Positions 1 through 9,840 of a stretch of 64,000 nt of DNA are shown piece by piece; positions within the stretch are counted from its first letter, which is position 1, and each line of letters opens with the position of its first letter. The notes below the pieces were generated by a model, which worked only from the letters and a program-made list of their open reading frames with translations, was not told where the DNA came from and ran no database searches. Source of the stretch: Oscillospiraceae bacterium (GTDB lineage: Bacteria > Bacillota > Clostridia > Oscillospirales > CAG-272); the NCBI GenBank assembly GCA_015065105.1, contig SVQZ01000002.1, forward strand, positions 78,811-142,810, read 5' to 3'. Both the position numbers and the translations under genes were made by a program.

Positions 1-1
1 T

Positions 2-787
2 GCAAAAGAAGAAGATAAAAAGGACGAATATATAGAAGCCGTAAAGCTTTTGCCCGAAATATGCAAGGATGTATTTGATAAAAGAGAATTTGAGAGAATA
101 ATTTCAACTCATATCGAAGAAGGCTGTCCCTCGCTTCATCATTCGGAACTGTTCAGGGAGAAGTACCATCCTTGTTACCGGGTTATTTTAAGCGAGTATG
201 CGGATATTATTCCCCTGCTTTGCGAAATAGAGAAAAGGGAAGAATGTATAGTTGCAATAGACGGCAAGGCTGCTTCGGGTAAGAGTACTCTCGGTAAGCT
301 TTTGTCACAGATATATTCGGCAGATCTTATACATATGGACGATTATTTTCTGCCTCCCGAAAGAAAAACCAAAGAAAGGCTTTCGGAAGCGGGCGGTAAC
401 GTTGACTATGAAAGATTTGCCTGTGAGCTGCTTGTTCCTTTGGTAAACGAGGGACGGTATATAAGCCGTCCATACCGTTGCCACGGCGGATATTATGAGC
501 AACCCAAGGAAAAGAAAAGGTCAAAGATAACGGTGATAGAGGGTTCATACAGCCTTCATCCCGAGCTTTACCGTCACTATGATATAAAGATATTCATTGA
601 TCTGGATCCCAGGATGCAATCTGAACGTATAAAGAAACGAGATCCTGAAATGTACGAAAGATTCATTTCAGAATGGATCCCCTTGGAAAACAGATATTTT
701 GAGGAAACGAATATAGAAAAAAGGTGCGATATCAAATTGATATCAAAGAAAAACTATCGCATGGAGGTAATAAAAAATGAAAAATAA
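2..787 (+). CDS. P-loop uridine/nucleoside kinase-family protein (5' end runs off the window)
   Basis: The frame of ORF 50..787 stays open back to base 2, so the listed TTG is probably internal. Walker A 'DGKAASGKSTLGKLL' followed by 'IHMDDYF', as in uridine-kinase-like proteins. Confidence 0.6.
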   Translation, partial: AKEEDKKDEYIEAVKLLPEICKDVFDKREFERIISTHIEEGCPSLHHSELFREKYHPCYRVILSEYADIIPLLCEIEKREECIVAIDGKAASGKSTLGKLLSQIYSADLIHMDDYFLPPERKTKERLSEAGGNVDYERFACELLVPLVNEGRYISRPYRCHGGYYEQPKEKKRSKITVIEGSYSLHPELYRHYDIKIFIDLDPRMQSERIKKRDPEMYERFISEWIPLENRYFEETNIEKRCDIKLISKKNYRMEVIKNEK

Positions 788-1295
788 TGCAGTTTATAAA
801 TTAGTAGTTTCGGCGCTATGTCTTGCCCTTTGTATTCTTTTACCCTTTTTAACCGGACAGATACCCGAGGTAGGCAATATGCTTTGCCCTATGCACCTTC
901 CTGTATTCATATGCGCCTTTCTTTGCGGCCCCTTTTATGCTCTTGCCGTAGGTCTTGTTGCCCCTGTTATGAGAAGTCTTCTTTTCAGCATGCCCCCTCT
1001 TTTCCCAACTGCGGTTTCCATGAGCTTTGAGCTTTGCAGCTACGGACTTTTTGCGGGACTTATATATAAGCTTTTACCAAAAAAGGTATATAATATCTAT
1101 ATTTCGCTTATCTGTGCAATGCTTGTGGGCAGAGTGGTTTTGGGTATAGTCAATACAATACTTTTAGGTTCGGAATATTCCTTTGATGCATTCCTCGCGG
1201 GTGCCTTTATTCAGGCTGTTCCCGGAATAATCCTCCAGATAGTTCTGATACCCATATTGGTGATGGCAGTAAATAAAGTGAATAAAAAAGGATAA
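777..1295 (+). CDS. ECF-transporter S-component-like integral membrane protein
   Basis: 172 aa, about 5-6 hydrophobic helices. The N-terminal 'LPFLTGQIP...PMHLPVFICAFLCGP' pattern is typical of ECF substrate-capture subunits. Start overlaps the upstream kinase stop. Confidence 0.5.
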   Translation: MKNNAVYKLVVSALCLALCILLPFLTGQIPEVGNMLCPMHLPVFICAFLCGPFYALAVGLVAPVMRSLLFSMPPLFPTAVSMSFELCSYGLFAGLIYKLLPKKVYNIYISLICAMLVGRVVLGIVNTILLGSEYSFDAFLAGAFIQAVPGIILQIVLIPILVMAVNKVNKKG

Positions 1296-1304
1296 AATGA
1301 CAGC

Positions 1305-1336
1305 AAAAACCAAGGCTTATTTGCCTTGGTTTTTTG
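1305..1336 (+). terminator. Rho-independent terminator after the ECF S-component gene
   Basis: Stem CCAAGGC (1310-1316) pairs with GCCTTGG (1323-1329), followed by a T-run. Confidence 0.6.
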
Positions 1337-1337
1337 G

Positions 1338-1516
1338 TTTTTTAATTTATAGGAAATTGCTGTGCCTCGTGAGATCGAAGAATCGGTTGATCACTAATTG
1401 TTGGGGCGGAATTCGGTGCGCCCGGCGGCGCTTTTTAATTTATAGTAAATTACTCCGCCTCGTGAGATCGAAGAAGCGGTTGATCACTAATTGTCGGGGC
1501 GGAATTGGGTGCGGCA
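1338..1516. repeat. Tandem duplication (2 x ~93 bp) of an intergenic element ending in a GC hairpin plus T-run
   Basis: Unit 'TTTTTAATTTATAG.AAATT.C....GCCTCGTGAGATCGAAGAA.CGGTTGATCACTAATTGT.GGGGCGGAATT.GGTGCG' occurs at ~1338 and ~1432. A shortened third copy lies at 55511-55560. Confidence 0.7.
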
Positions 1517-1887
1517 ACTTGCCGCTGCTTGTTTATAAATTCTTTGAGCTTTTCCACAGTTTCATCGCTTATATAATGCTCAATACGGCAGGCATCCTCT
1601 TCCGCGGTCTGTTTGGATACCCCGATAAGAGTAAGAGCCTTCATAAGCACACCGTGGCGCTCATATACGCTCTCTGCCATGCTTTTTCCGGTGTCGGTCA
1701 GCTGAATGTACCCTTCTTTATTGATGGTTATAAGACCGCCGTTTTTAAGTATTCCTATGGCACGGCTTACACTTGGCTTTGAGTAGCCCGTATGATTTGC
1801 TACGTCTATCGAGCGTACATTTGCTTTTTGATTTGAAAGGACGAGTATCGTTTCAAGATACATCTGTCCCGATTCATGTATATTCAT
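1450..1887 (-). CDS. DtxR/MntR-family metal-dependent transcriptional regulator
   Basis: N-terminal 'QMYLETILVL...VRSIDVANHTGYSKPSVSRAIGILK' winged-helix region plus a DtxR dimerisation region. The C-terminal ~25 aa are translated from the tandem repeat. Confidence 0.8.
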   Translation of the reverse strand: MNIHESGQMYLETILVLSNQKANVRSIDVANHTGYSKPSVSRAIGILKNGGLITINKEGYIQLTDTGKSMAESVYERHGVLMKALTLIGVSKQTAEEDACRIEHYISDETVEKLKEFINKQRQVAAPNSAPTISDQPLLRSHEAE

Positions 1888-1889
1888 TT

Positions 1890-3128
1890 TTATTCCTCAC
1901 TTGTTTTCAAAAGAAATTCGGGGAGAAATTCTTCGTCTATTATATCTCTTGTAAGATCGCACAAGCCCTCATAGCTTGTGTTTATACCGTAGCAGTCACG
2001 TCCTAAAACTGACGCAAGGTCATCGGTATAATCACGCAGAAAATAAAGCTTTGAATTATAGTAGCTCGGACCGAAATGGTGGATCGTAGGCTCGAAAATG
2101 ACGTTTTCAATGGTGATATCGCCGTTTTTCTTAACTATATCGAATTTTGCCATACCGCCGAGCATATTTGCCGCCTTAGTCATTACCGCAACGAAATCGC
2201 CCAAGGAATATATACAGAGGGTACGGTTTCCGTCATCAGATTCGAACCATTCGATGGGCTGTAAAACGTGGGGGTGAGTACCGATTATAACGTCAACTCC
2301 CTCGTCACACATCATCTGTGCAAGCTGCTTTTGTTCTTCGTTTGGTGTAAATGAGTTTTCAACTCCCCAATGCACCGATACCATAGTAACGTCTGCAAGA
2401 GAATGGACTCTGCGGATATCCTTACGCATGGTCTCCATATCGATATAGGGAACTACCGCCTCGGAAGCAGATGAGGGAGAGATCCCGTTGGTGCTGTAGG
2501 TATAGGAAAGGAGCGCTATGGAAATGCCGTTCTTTTCTATAATACAGGGCTCAAGATATGCTTCCTCATTTTCATATCCGCCAATCATGGTTATCTCTTC
2601 TTTTGAATTCCAATAGTCAATGGTGTCTTCAAGTCCGGAAGAGCCCATGTCAAGCATATGATTGGTCGCTACGTTGACAACGTCAAAGCCTATCTCTATA
2701 AGCTGGTCTCCCAAATGCTGCGGAGTGTTGAAGCAGGGGTAATCGCTGTATCCGTATTCCTTGCCTGCCATTACGGTCTCCTGATTTATATACGAAATAT
2801 CAGCCTTTGCTATTTCGTCTGAAACCTCTTCGTATATAGGCATGAAGTTGTATTCGGGATAGTCTTGATTTGCGCGCTTTTGAGCATCGGTAAAGGCACA
2901 ATGATACATTATATTGTCACCGACAGCGAGAAAGCTCACCCTTGATTCACCCTTTTGGAGATCGGGACGGACAGTATCCGGGTCTGTTATATCACCTATT
3001 ATAAAATCCGTGACCTTACTTGCATTTTCAAGGGAGGAGGGCTTGGAGCTATCCTTCTTTTTATTGCAACCGTTAAAGGATACTAAAATCAAGATTACCG
3101 CGAGTAAAAGCGCTAACGATCTTTTCAT
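1890..3128 (-). CDS. CapA-family (poly-gamma-glutamate synthesis-like metallophosphatase) lipoprotein
   Basis: Lipobox 'SFNGC', 'FLAVGDNIMY', 'ATNHMLDMG', 'GTHPHVLQPIE'. Confidence 0.75.
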   Translation of the reverse strand: MKRSLALLLAVILILVSFNGCNKKKDSSKPSSLENASKVTDFIIGDITDPDTVRPDLQKGESRVSFLAVGDNIMYHCAFTDAQKRANQDYPEYNFMPIYEEVSDEIAKADISYINQETVMAGKEYGYSDYPCFNTPQHLGDQLIEIGFDVVNVATNHMLDMGSSGLEDTIDYWNSKEEITMIGGYENEEAYLEPCIIEKNGISIALLSYTYSTNGISPSSASEAVVPYIDMETMRKDIRRVHSLADVTMVSVHWGVENSFTPNEEQKQLAQMMCDEGVDVIIGTHPHVLQPIEWFESDDGNRTLCIYSLGDFVAVMTKAANMLGGMAKFDIVKKNGDITIENVIFEPTIHHFGPSYYNSKLYFLRDYTDDLASVLGRDCYGINTSYEGLCDLTRDIIDEEFLPEFLLKTSEE

Positions 3129-4120
3129 TATTTCACCTCAAGTTTTTCAAAAATCAGATCAAATACCGGAGATAAGATGTTTGCAAAGTGTTCAAAGGTT
3201 GAGTCTATGGGATGAATGCCGTCTGCGGTCGATTCACGTATAGAAAGGTTACCGTAAGCATAGCTTCCGTCAAAGAAATATACGTTTTCATCACCCTCGC
3301 GCTGAGCTTCTGAATAGGTATGGTATATAACGTCCCTTCTCAAAGCGTTGTTTACAGGGTCGTTTGCAAAATCAGGCTTTGAGAGAATAAGTACGGGGAG
3401 CTTTGGATGTACCTCTCTTATTCTTTTGAAGAAGCGCTGATGTCTTTCCTCTAATTCCTCGGCTGTGGATGCGTTGTGATCGTAGCCGTAAACAAGCATG
3501 GTCATATCTATCTTGTTGATATGGTCGGCAACAGCTACTTCGCCTCTGCATCCGCCCGCAAAGCCGTAGTTATAGTAATCAAAGCCGTATTTACGGGAAA
3601 GCCGCTCGGGAAAGGTGTTATGCGGGGATGAGGCCGCTACACCGTTTGTTATTGATGAGCCGTAGAAGACAACGGGCTTTGTTATTTTATAGTCCTTCGC
3701 TTCTCTTATTTCTGCATTGTCTTCAATGGCAATATCCATCGATCTTACTGTTGTATATATGGGTAGAAGGATCGTTATTTCGGAATATCCCTCGTTGTTT
3801 TCGATAACAAAGCGGTATTTGGTATCACCGTCATTTTCGGGGGAATAGGTTTTTGTATATCTATTATTTAAATAAACCGCACAGCCTGCCTGCCCCGAAA
3901 GGGTAAATATACCGAGCCGTTCATAGGGACAAAGGGAGACCGAAACCTCAATGCTTTTGGAGTCGGTGGCAAATCTTACCCTGCCGCCGGCACTGAAGCC
4001 GGAGGAAAGGGTCGCGGCAACGTGGTTTAGTGTTTCGTGAAAGCCGTCGGGCAGTCTGCGGAAATCCTTTGTCAGTCCGTGGAGCTTTACAGGATAGTCA
4101 TTGTGTGTAAAGTGCTTCAT
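3128..4120 (-). CDS. SGNH/GDSL-family hydrolase
   Basis: 'VFYGSSITNG' block I and a C-terminal 'DGIHP' block V. Confidence 0.7.
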   Translation of the reverse strand: MKHFTHNDYPVKLHGLTKDFRRLPDGFHETLNHVAATLSSGFSAGGRVRFATDSKSIEVSVSLCPYERLGIFTLSGQAGCAVYLNNRYTKTYSPENDGDTKYRFVIENNEGYSEITILLPIYTTVRSMDIAIEDNAEIREAKDYKITKPVVFYGSSITNGVAASSPHNTFPERLSRKYGFDYYNYGFAGGCRGEVAVADHINKIDMTMLVYGYDHNASTAEELEERHQRFFKRIREVHPKLPVLILSKPDFANDPVNNALRRDVIYHTYSEAQREGDENVYFFDGSYAYGNLSIRESTADGIHPIDSTFEHFANILSPVFDLIFEKLEVK

Positions 4121-5256
4121 TATATCTTTTCTCCGAGTATATTTATATATTTATTATAGAATGAGGTATAATATCCGCCGTCAAGAGCGTCTCTTATCTT
4201 CTGCATGAGATCGTTATAAAAATAAAGGTTATGAAGAACGCAGAGACGGGGGCCGAGTACTTCTCTTGCCTTGAAGAGGTGGCGTATATATGCCTTGGAA
4301 TAATGCTGACAGGCAGGACATTTACAGTCGGGATCGATGGGAGTGTCGTCAAGAAGATATTTTTCGTTCATAACGTTGATCTTGCCCTTCCAGGTGAAGA
4401 GATTACCGTGGCGCGCGTTACGGCTGGGCATAACGCAGTCAAAGAAATCAACGCCTCTGTAAACCGCCTCAAGGATATTGCAGGGTGTTCCTACACCCAT
4501 GAGATATCTGGGCTTATCGGCGGGCATATGAGGCTCTACCGCATCGATGATACGGTACATTTCCTCTGCCTCCTCGCCAACGGCAAGACCGCCGATAGCG
4601 TAACCGTCAAGATCGAGCTTGGCTATCTCCTGCATATGGGAGATTCGAAGATCCTCGTATGTGCCTCCCTGGTTTATACCGAAGAGCATCTGCTCCTTGT
4701 TGATGGTAGAGGGAAGGGGATTGAGTCTTGCCATTTCCGCCTTGCATCTGTGAAGCCAGCGGGTGGTTCGTTCACATGATTTTTTAACGTAATCGTAGGG
4801 GGCGGGATTTTCTACGCATTCGTCGAATGCCATTGCGATGGTGGATGCAAGATTAGACTGAATCTGCATACTTTCCTCAGGTCCCATGAATATCTTTTTG
4901 CCGTCCATATGGGACGCAAAATACACACCCTCCTCCTTTATTCGGCGGAGCTTTGCAAGGGAATATACCTGAAATCCGCCGCTGTCTGTAAGTACAGGCT
5001 TATCCCAGTTAAAAAATTTGTGGATGCCGCCGAGGTCATGTATAAGACCGTCGCCGGGACGGATATGAAGATGGTAGGTGTTGGAGAGCTCTACCTGACA
5101 GTTGATCTCGCGAAGATCCATTGTGGAAACTCCGCCCTTTATAGCGGCAGAAGTACCTACGTTCATGAATACGGGGGTCTGGATAGTGCCGTGAGGTGTT
5201 TCAAACTGACCTCTGCGTGCCCTTCCTTCCTGTGTTAATAATGTGAATTTTCCCAT
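4120..5256 (-). CDS. tgt: Queuine tRNA-ribosyltransferase (tRNA-guanine transglycosylase)
   Basis: 'TPVFMNVGT', 'LTDSGGFQV', and the 'CxCxxC...H' zinc site (CKCPACQHYSKAYIRHL). Confidence 0.95.
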   Translation of the reverse strand: MGKFTLLTQEGRARRGQFETPHGTIQTPVFMNVGTSAAIKGGVSTMDLREINCQVELSNTYHLHIRPGDGLIHDLGGIHKFFNWDKPVLTDSGGFQVYSLAKLRRIKEEGVYFASHMDGKKIFMGPEESMQIQSNLASTIAMAFDECVENPAPYDYVKKSCERTTRWLHRCKAEMARLNPLPSTINKEQMLFGINQGGTYEDLRISHMQEIAKLDLDGYAIGGLAVGEEAEEMYRIIDAVEPHMPADKPRYLMGVGTPCNILEAVYRGVDFFDCVMPSRNARHGNLFTWKGKINVMNEKYLLDDTPIDPDCKCPACQHYSKAYIRHLFKAREVLGPRLCVLHNLYFYNDLMQKIRDALDGGYYTSFYNKYINILGEKI

Positions 5257-5258
5257 TT

Positions 5259-7211
5259 TTATATCCTCTTGAATTGTTTTTCCATTTCTTTTTTTGTTAG
5301 CTCTATGGCAACAGGTCTGCCGTGGGGGCAGAATTTTATATCGGGCAGAGAAAGGAGATTATCGCATATCCATTTTACGTGATGAGAGTCCTCTATTCTG
5401 CCTGCCTTGATAGCAGCCTTACAGGATGCCTGATAAAGCGCTCTTTCAAGGAAAGAGTTTCTTGTTATTGTTGTGTCTCCCATGCCGAGAGAAAGCTGCT
5501 GAGCTAAAATTTCAAGCATATCTCTTGCAGCCTCTTCGGTGAGCTGTGCGGGAATACCCGTAACCGAAAGAGTATAGGATCTTGCATTCTTTTCATAATC
5601 AAAGCCTATCGACCTGATGTCCTCGTCGTTATCCTCTATTGCTGCAAATTCATTCGGAGAAAGAGTTAACTCTATAGGGAACATCAGCATCTGATAAGAT
5701 ACGTCGCCCTTTTGCATATTCCGCTTCATCTGCTCGAAGATTATGCGCTCGTGGGCGGCATGCTTATCTATCATAAGCATTTTATCCGCAAGCTCTACGA
5801 AAACGTAAGAGTTGAATGCTTCTCCTATTATCTTATAATAGGGTATGGCACTCTTTTCGACCTTGCGTGTAAGGGGAGTTTCGGAATATGTTATAGGTGC
5901 ATTTTCTTTTTCTTCTTTCGGTATTTCTTCAGTTTCATTTTCTTTTGGAGCCGATTCTACGGTAAAGACTTTGGGTTCTTCGATTATTACAGGCATTTTT
6001 ACCTCTACCGAAAAATCCTTTTCAGGCTCGGATTCGGCAATATATACCGTTTCCTGTTCGGGTGTTTCGGAAGGCCTTTCCTCGGGCTCAAAGAAAACCT
6101 TTTGCTCGGGCTTTTGAGAAAGCACCTTGTCGGCATGGTCATATATCGGAACAAAAGCGTTTTTGAGCCTTATATCCTCATAGCTTAAGGAAGAAGGCTC
6201 GATCTTCATTTCGGGACGGTGTACCGAATTTTCAAGCGCGTTACGTGCGGCACAATAGACCGCATCGAATATCTTTTTTTCGTCAGAGAATTTAACCTCG
6301 AGCTTTGTGGGGTGAACGTTAACATCCACAAAGGCGGGGTGTATTTTTATATTTAGCACACAGCAGGGGAATTTGTCGTTCGGGATAAAGGATTCGTATG
6401 CCTGCTCCATGGCTGACATTGCAGTTCTTGAACGTACGTATCTGCCGTTGATAAAGTAGTTCTGAAAATTTCTGTTTGAACGGACGTTATCCGGCTGACC
6501 GATAAAACCGTAAACCGAAATACCCTCCATTAGGGTCTCTACCCGTATAAGCTTTTTTGAAAACTCTCTTCCCAATACTGCATATATCGTTGCGTAAAGA
6601 TCGCCCTTGCCGTCGGTCATATAGCGAAGCTGTCCGTCTGTAATAAGCTTGAATGAGATCTCGGGATGTGAAAGAGCTATCTTTTCCACAACAGCACAGC
6701 AAGCCATACCCTCGCTTACATCTCTTTTTAAGAATTTTCTTCTTGCGGGTACGTTTGCAAAAAGCTCTTCAACGATTACAGTGGTACCCACTTGACAGCC
6801 TGCAGAAGTTACCGAGGTTACGGTACCGCCCTCGCTTACGAGTACCGTTCCCATATCCGCTTCGTGAGGCCGGGTCATTATTCTCAATTTTGATACGGCG
6901 GAAATTGCCGCAAGAGCTTCGCCTCTGAAGCCCAGGGTCGTGATGCCGTCAAGATCGGTCGCGTATTTTATCTTACTTGTTGCATGACGGAGGATACAAA
7001 CAGAAACGTCTTCCTCGCTCATGCCGCATCCGTCATCGGTTATACGGATAAAGGAAACACCGCCGCGCTTGAGTTCTACGGTTATATTCTTTGCACCCGC
7101 ATCTATAGCGTTTTCAAGAAGCTCCTTTACAGCTGATGCGGGTCGGTCAACTACCTCGCCTGCCGCAATAAGGTTTGCTACCTTAAAATCAAGCTGATTT
7201 ATTATGCCCAT
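5259..7211 (-). CDS. mutL: DNA mismatch repair protein MutL
   Basis: N-terminal GHKL ATPase 'IAAGEVVDRPASAVKELLENAIDAG', and a C-terminal endonuclease-type region 'DKHAAHERI'. Confidence 0.95.
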   Translation of the reverse strand: MGIINQLDFKVANLIAAGEVVDRPASAVKELLENAIDAGAKNITVELKRGGVSFIRITDDGCGMSEEDVSVCILRHATSKIKYATDLDGITTLGFRGEALAAISAVSKLRIMTRPHEADMGTVLVSEGGTVTSVTSAGCQVGTTVIVEELFANVPARRKFLKRDVSEGMACCAVVEKIALSHPEISFKLITDGQLRYMTDGKGDLYATIYAVLGREFSKKLIRVETLMEGISVYGFIGQPDNVRSNRNFQNYFINGRYVRSRTAMSAMEQAYESFIPNDKFPCCVLNIKIHPAFVDVNVHPTKLEVKFSDEKKIFDAVYCAARNALENSVHRPEMKIEPSSLSYEDIRLKNAFVPIYDHADKVLSQKPEQKVFFEPEERPSETPEQETVYIAESEPEKDFSVEVKMPVIIEEPKVFTVESAPKENETEEIPKEEKENAPITYSETPLTRKVEKSAIPYYKIIGEAFNSYVFVELADKMLMIDKHAAHERIIFEQMKRNMQKGDVSYQMLMFPIELTLSPNEFAAIEDNDEDIRSIGFDYEKNARSYTLSVTGIPAQLTEEAARDMLEILAQQLSLGMGDTTITRNSFLERALYQASCKAAIKAGRIEDSHHVKWICDNLLSLPDIKFCPHGRPVAIELTKKEMEKQFKRI

Positions 7212-7236
7212 TGGCTGTATCTCCTTTCGTTTTTAT

Positions 7237-9825
7237 TTATCCTAAAATCTTCTTGATATCCGCTATAAGATTCAATGCATCAAGAGGGGTCAGGATATTA
7301 AGATCTGTGTTCTTGAGCTTATGTATTGCTTCGTCCTTTGCGAAATCCTCAAAGGTGAGATTTAATTCGTTATCATCCTCTTTTAATTCGGGAATTCGCT
7401 TGTTTTCCGTTTCGATATTTGTAAGAACTTCCTTTGCGCGTTTGATAACAGGGTTGGGAACCCCTGCTAATTTTGCAACCTCTATACCGTAGCTTTCGTC
7501 GGTTGCTCCCTTTACTATTTTTCTTAAGAAGGTTATGTCGTCACCGCGCTTCTTTGCGGCTATATTGTAATTTCTTACACCCTCTACTTCCCCTTCAAGA
7601 GCTGTAAGCTCATGATAGTGAGTTGCGAAAAGAGTTTTTGCTCCTATCTTCTGTGATGAGGTATATTCAACTACCGCTCTTGCGATACTCATACCGTCAT
7701 AGGTAGATGTACCTCTGCCTATTTCGTCATATATAATAAGGCTTCGCTTGGTTGCGTTCTTCAAAATATACGCAACCTCATTCATTTCAAGCATAAAGGT
7801 GGACTGACCCGATGCAAGGTCATCGCTTGCGCCCACACGGGTGAAGATCTTATCCACAATACTCACCCTTGCTTCCTGTGCGGGAACGAATGATCCTACC
7901 TGAGCCATTAACGTTATAAGAGCAACCTGACGCATAAAGGTGGATTTACCTGCCATATTGGGGCCTGTAATGAGTATCATGCGGTTGTGGGCTGTATCAA
8001 GAAGAGTGTCGTTAGGAACGAAATATCCGTCACGGGTGAATTTTTCAACTACGGGATGGCGTCCCTCTTTTATCGTTATAACGTCGCTGTAATCTACCTC
8101 AGGACGTACGTAATTGTTTTGTGCCGCCACGGTTGCGAGTGAAAGATAGGTGTCAAGGGTGGCAAGTGCGCCTGCGGTGGTCTGTATGCGCTTTACGTTA
8201 TCGGTTTTTGATATTTCGGAGCATATCTCCATAAATAGCTGGTATTCCAATGCAGCCAACTTGTCGGAGGCTCCCAATACCGATGATTCAAGCTCCTTTA
8301 ATTCCTCGGTGATATATCTCTCACAGTTTGTGAGAGTCTGCTTACGCATATACGTCCCGGGCGCCATGGAGGTATAGGATTTCGATATCTCTATATAGTA
8401 GCCGAATACACGGTTATATCCTATCTTGAGCTTGGGAATACCCGTTGCTTCTCGCTCTCTTGCTTCGATTTCCCTGATATAGTCTTTGCCTCCGTTTTTT
8501 ATGGCATTGAGACGGTCAACCTCTGCGTTATAGCCCTCGCGTATCATTCCGCCCTCGCGCACCGAGAAGGGCTGATCCTTTTCAACTATGGCACGTTCGA
8601 TAAGGTTATAGAGATCCTCAAGAGTATCAAGCTTATTGTATATACTGTTTATCTCGTTGCTTTTTCCGTTGGATAAAAGCTCCTTTATCTTCGGAATTAT
8701 CGAAAGAGTAGCAGAAACAGCCTTAAGGTCTCTTGCATTTGCAGAACCGTAAACTATTTTGGACATAAGTCTTTCAAGATCGAGAACTCCTCTTAAAAGC
8801 TCGGATATCTCGTCTCGCAGCATCATATCTGCGAATAATTCCTCAACTGCATTCTGACGTCTTACTATCTGATTGGTGTTTACAAGGGGCTGCTCTATCC
8901 ATTTTCTGAGCATTCTTGCGCCTGCAGAGGTACAGGTCTTATCAAGTACCCCAAGGAGGCTTCCGCGTTTTTCCTTTGAGCGCATGGTTTCGCAAAGCTC
9001 AAGGTTGCGACGGGTGTTGGAGTCCATTTCAAGATATCTGCCGCTTTGGTATATGTTTATATCTTTGATATAGGAAATTTCTGTTTTCTGTGTTTCTAAA
9101 ATGTAATCTATGAGCGCGCCTACCGAAGAGCAGAGCACTGCGTCCGAACGAAGAGTGTCAAGCGCTTCGTCCTTAAAGCATCTGTCGATAAGTACCTTTA
9201 CTTTTGATATTTCAAAGCGGTCATGTTGGGAATCGGTTACGAAGGCATTTAATCTCTGGTCGAGAAAAATGCTGAGCTCGGGAGCATCGTAGCGTCTTAT
9301 ATTCATTATCGCTTCTGCGGGTGCATATGCAGCAAGTTCATTTATAAGACGGGTGATACAATCCTTGCCCTCAAATTTTGTTACCGCCATGTCTCCTGTT
9401 GAGATGTCGGCGAAGGAAACACCGATCTCACCCTTTAAAAAGCATATCGAGCAGAGATAATTGTTTTTTGTGTCGCTTGGGATATTCTGACCGATAACGG
9501 TACCGGGAGTTACTATTCTCGTTACCTCGCGGCGCACAAGCCCCTTTGCCTGGGAGGGATCCTCTGTCTGTTCGCAGACTACGACTTTATAGCCCTTGTT
9601 CACGAGTCTTCCGATATAGGTCTCTGCCGCATGGTAGGGAACACCGCACATAGGGGCACGTTCTGCTTCTCCGCAGTCTCTTCCTGTTAAGGTAAGCTCT
9701 AATTCCCTGGATGCAGTCTTTGCGTCCTCAAAGAACATCTCATAGAAATCGCCCAGGCGGTAGAGAAGTATTGAATCTTTATAATCCTCCTTAACAGCTA
9801 AATACTGCTCCATCATAGGGGTCAT
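7237..9825 (-). CDS. mutS: DNA mismatch repair protein MutS
   Basis: 'TPMMEQYL', 'GDFYEMF', Walker A 'GPNMAGKST', 'DEIGRGTSTYDG'. Confidence 0.95.
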   Translation of the reverse strand: MTPMMEQYLAVKEDYKDSILLYRLGDFYEMFFEDAKTASRELELTLTGRDCGEAERAPMCGVPYHAAETYIGRLVNKGYKVVVCEQTEDPSQAKGLVRREVTRIVTPGTVIGQNIPSDTKNNYLCSICFLKGEIGVSFADISTGDMAVTKFEGKDCITRLINELAAYAPAEAIMNIRRYDAPELSIFLDQRLNAFVTDSQHDRFEISKVKVLIDRCFKDEALDTLRSDAVLCSSVGALIDYILETQKTEISYIKDINIYQSGRYLEMDSNTRRNLELCETMRSKEKRGSLLGVLDKTCTSAGARMLRKWIEQPLVNTNQIVRRQNAVEELFADMMLRDEISELLRGVLDLERLMSKIVYGSANARDLKAVSATLSIIPKIKELLSNGKSNEINSIYNKLDTLEDLYNLIERAIVEKDQPFSVREGGMIREGYNAEVDRLNAIKNGGKDYIREIEAREREATGIPKLKIGYNRVFGYYIEISKSYTSMAPGTYMRKQTLTNCERYITEELKELESSVLGASDKLAALEYQLFMEICSEISKTDNVKRIQTTAGALATLDTYLSLATVAAQNNYVRPEVDYSDVITIKEGRHPVVEKFTRDGYFVPNDTLLDTAHNRMILITGPNMAGKSTFMRQVALITLMAQVGSFVPAQEARVSIVDKIFTRVGASDDLASGQSTFMLEMNEVAYILKNATKRSLIIYDEIGRGTSTYDGMSIARAVVEYTSSQKIGAKTLFATHYHELTALEGEVEGVRNYNIAAKKRGDDITFLRKIVKGATDESYGIEVAKLAGVPNPVIKRAKEVLTNIETENKRIPELKEDDNELNLTFEDFAKDEAIHKLKNTDLNILTPLDALNLIADIKKILG

Positions 9826-9840
9826 GTTAAATTCCTCCGT

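Noticed and set aside
1297-1782. 161-aa ORF spanning the tandem repeat and running antisense to the mntR-like gene.
   Set aside because: Its N-terminal half is a translation of the duplicated non-coding repeat (hence internally repeated peptide). The rest is antisense to a well-supported DtxR-family gene.
4231-4779. 182-aa antisense ORF within tgt, and similar antisense ORFs within mutL, mutS, miaB, ffh, the terminase, the portal and the GRE gene.
   Set aside because: Each lies fully inside a strongly supported gene on the opposite strand, with no translation signals. I treated them as six-frame noise.
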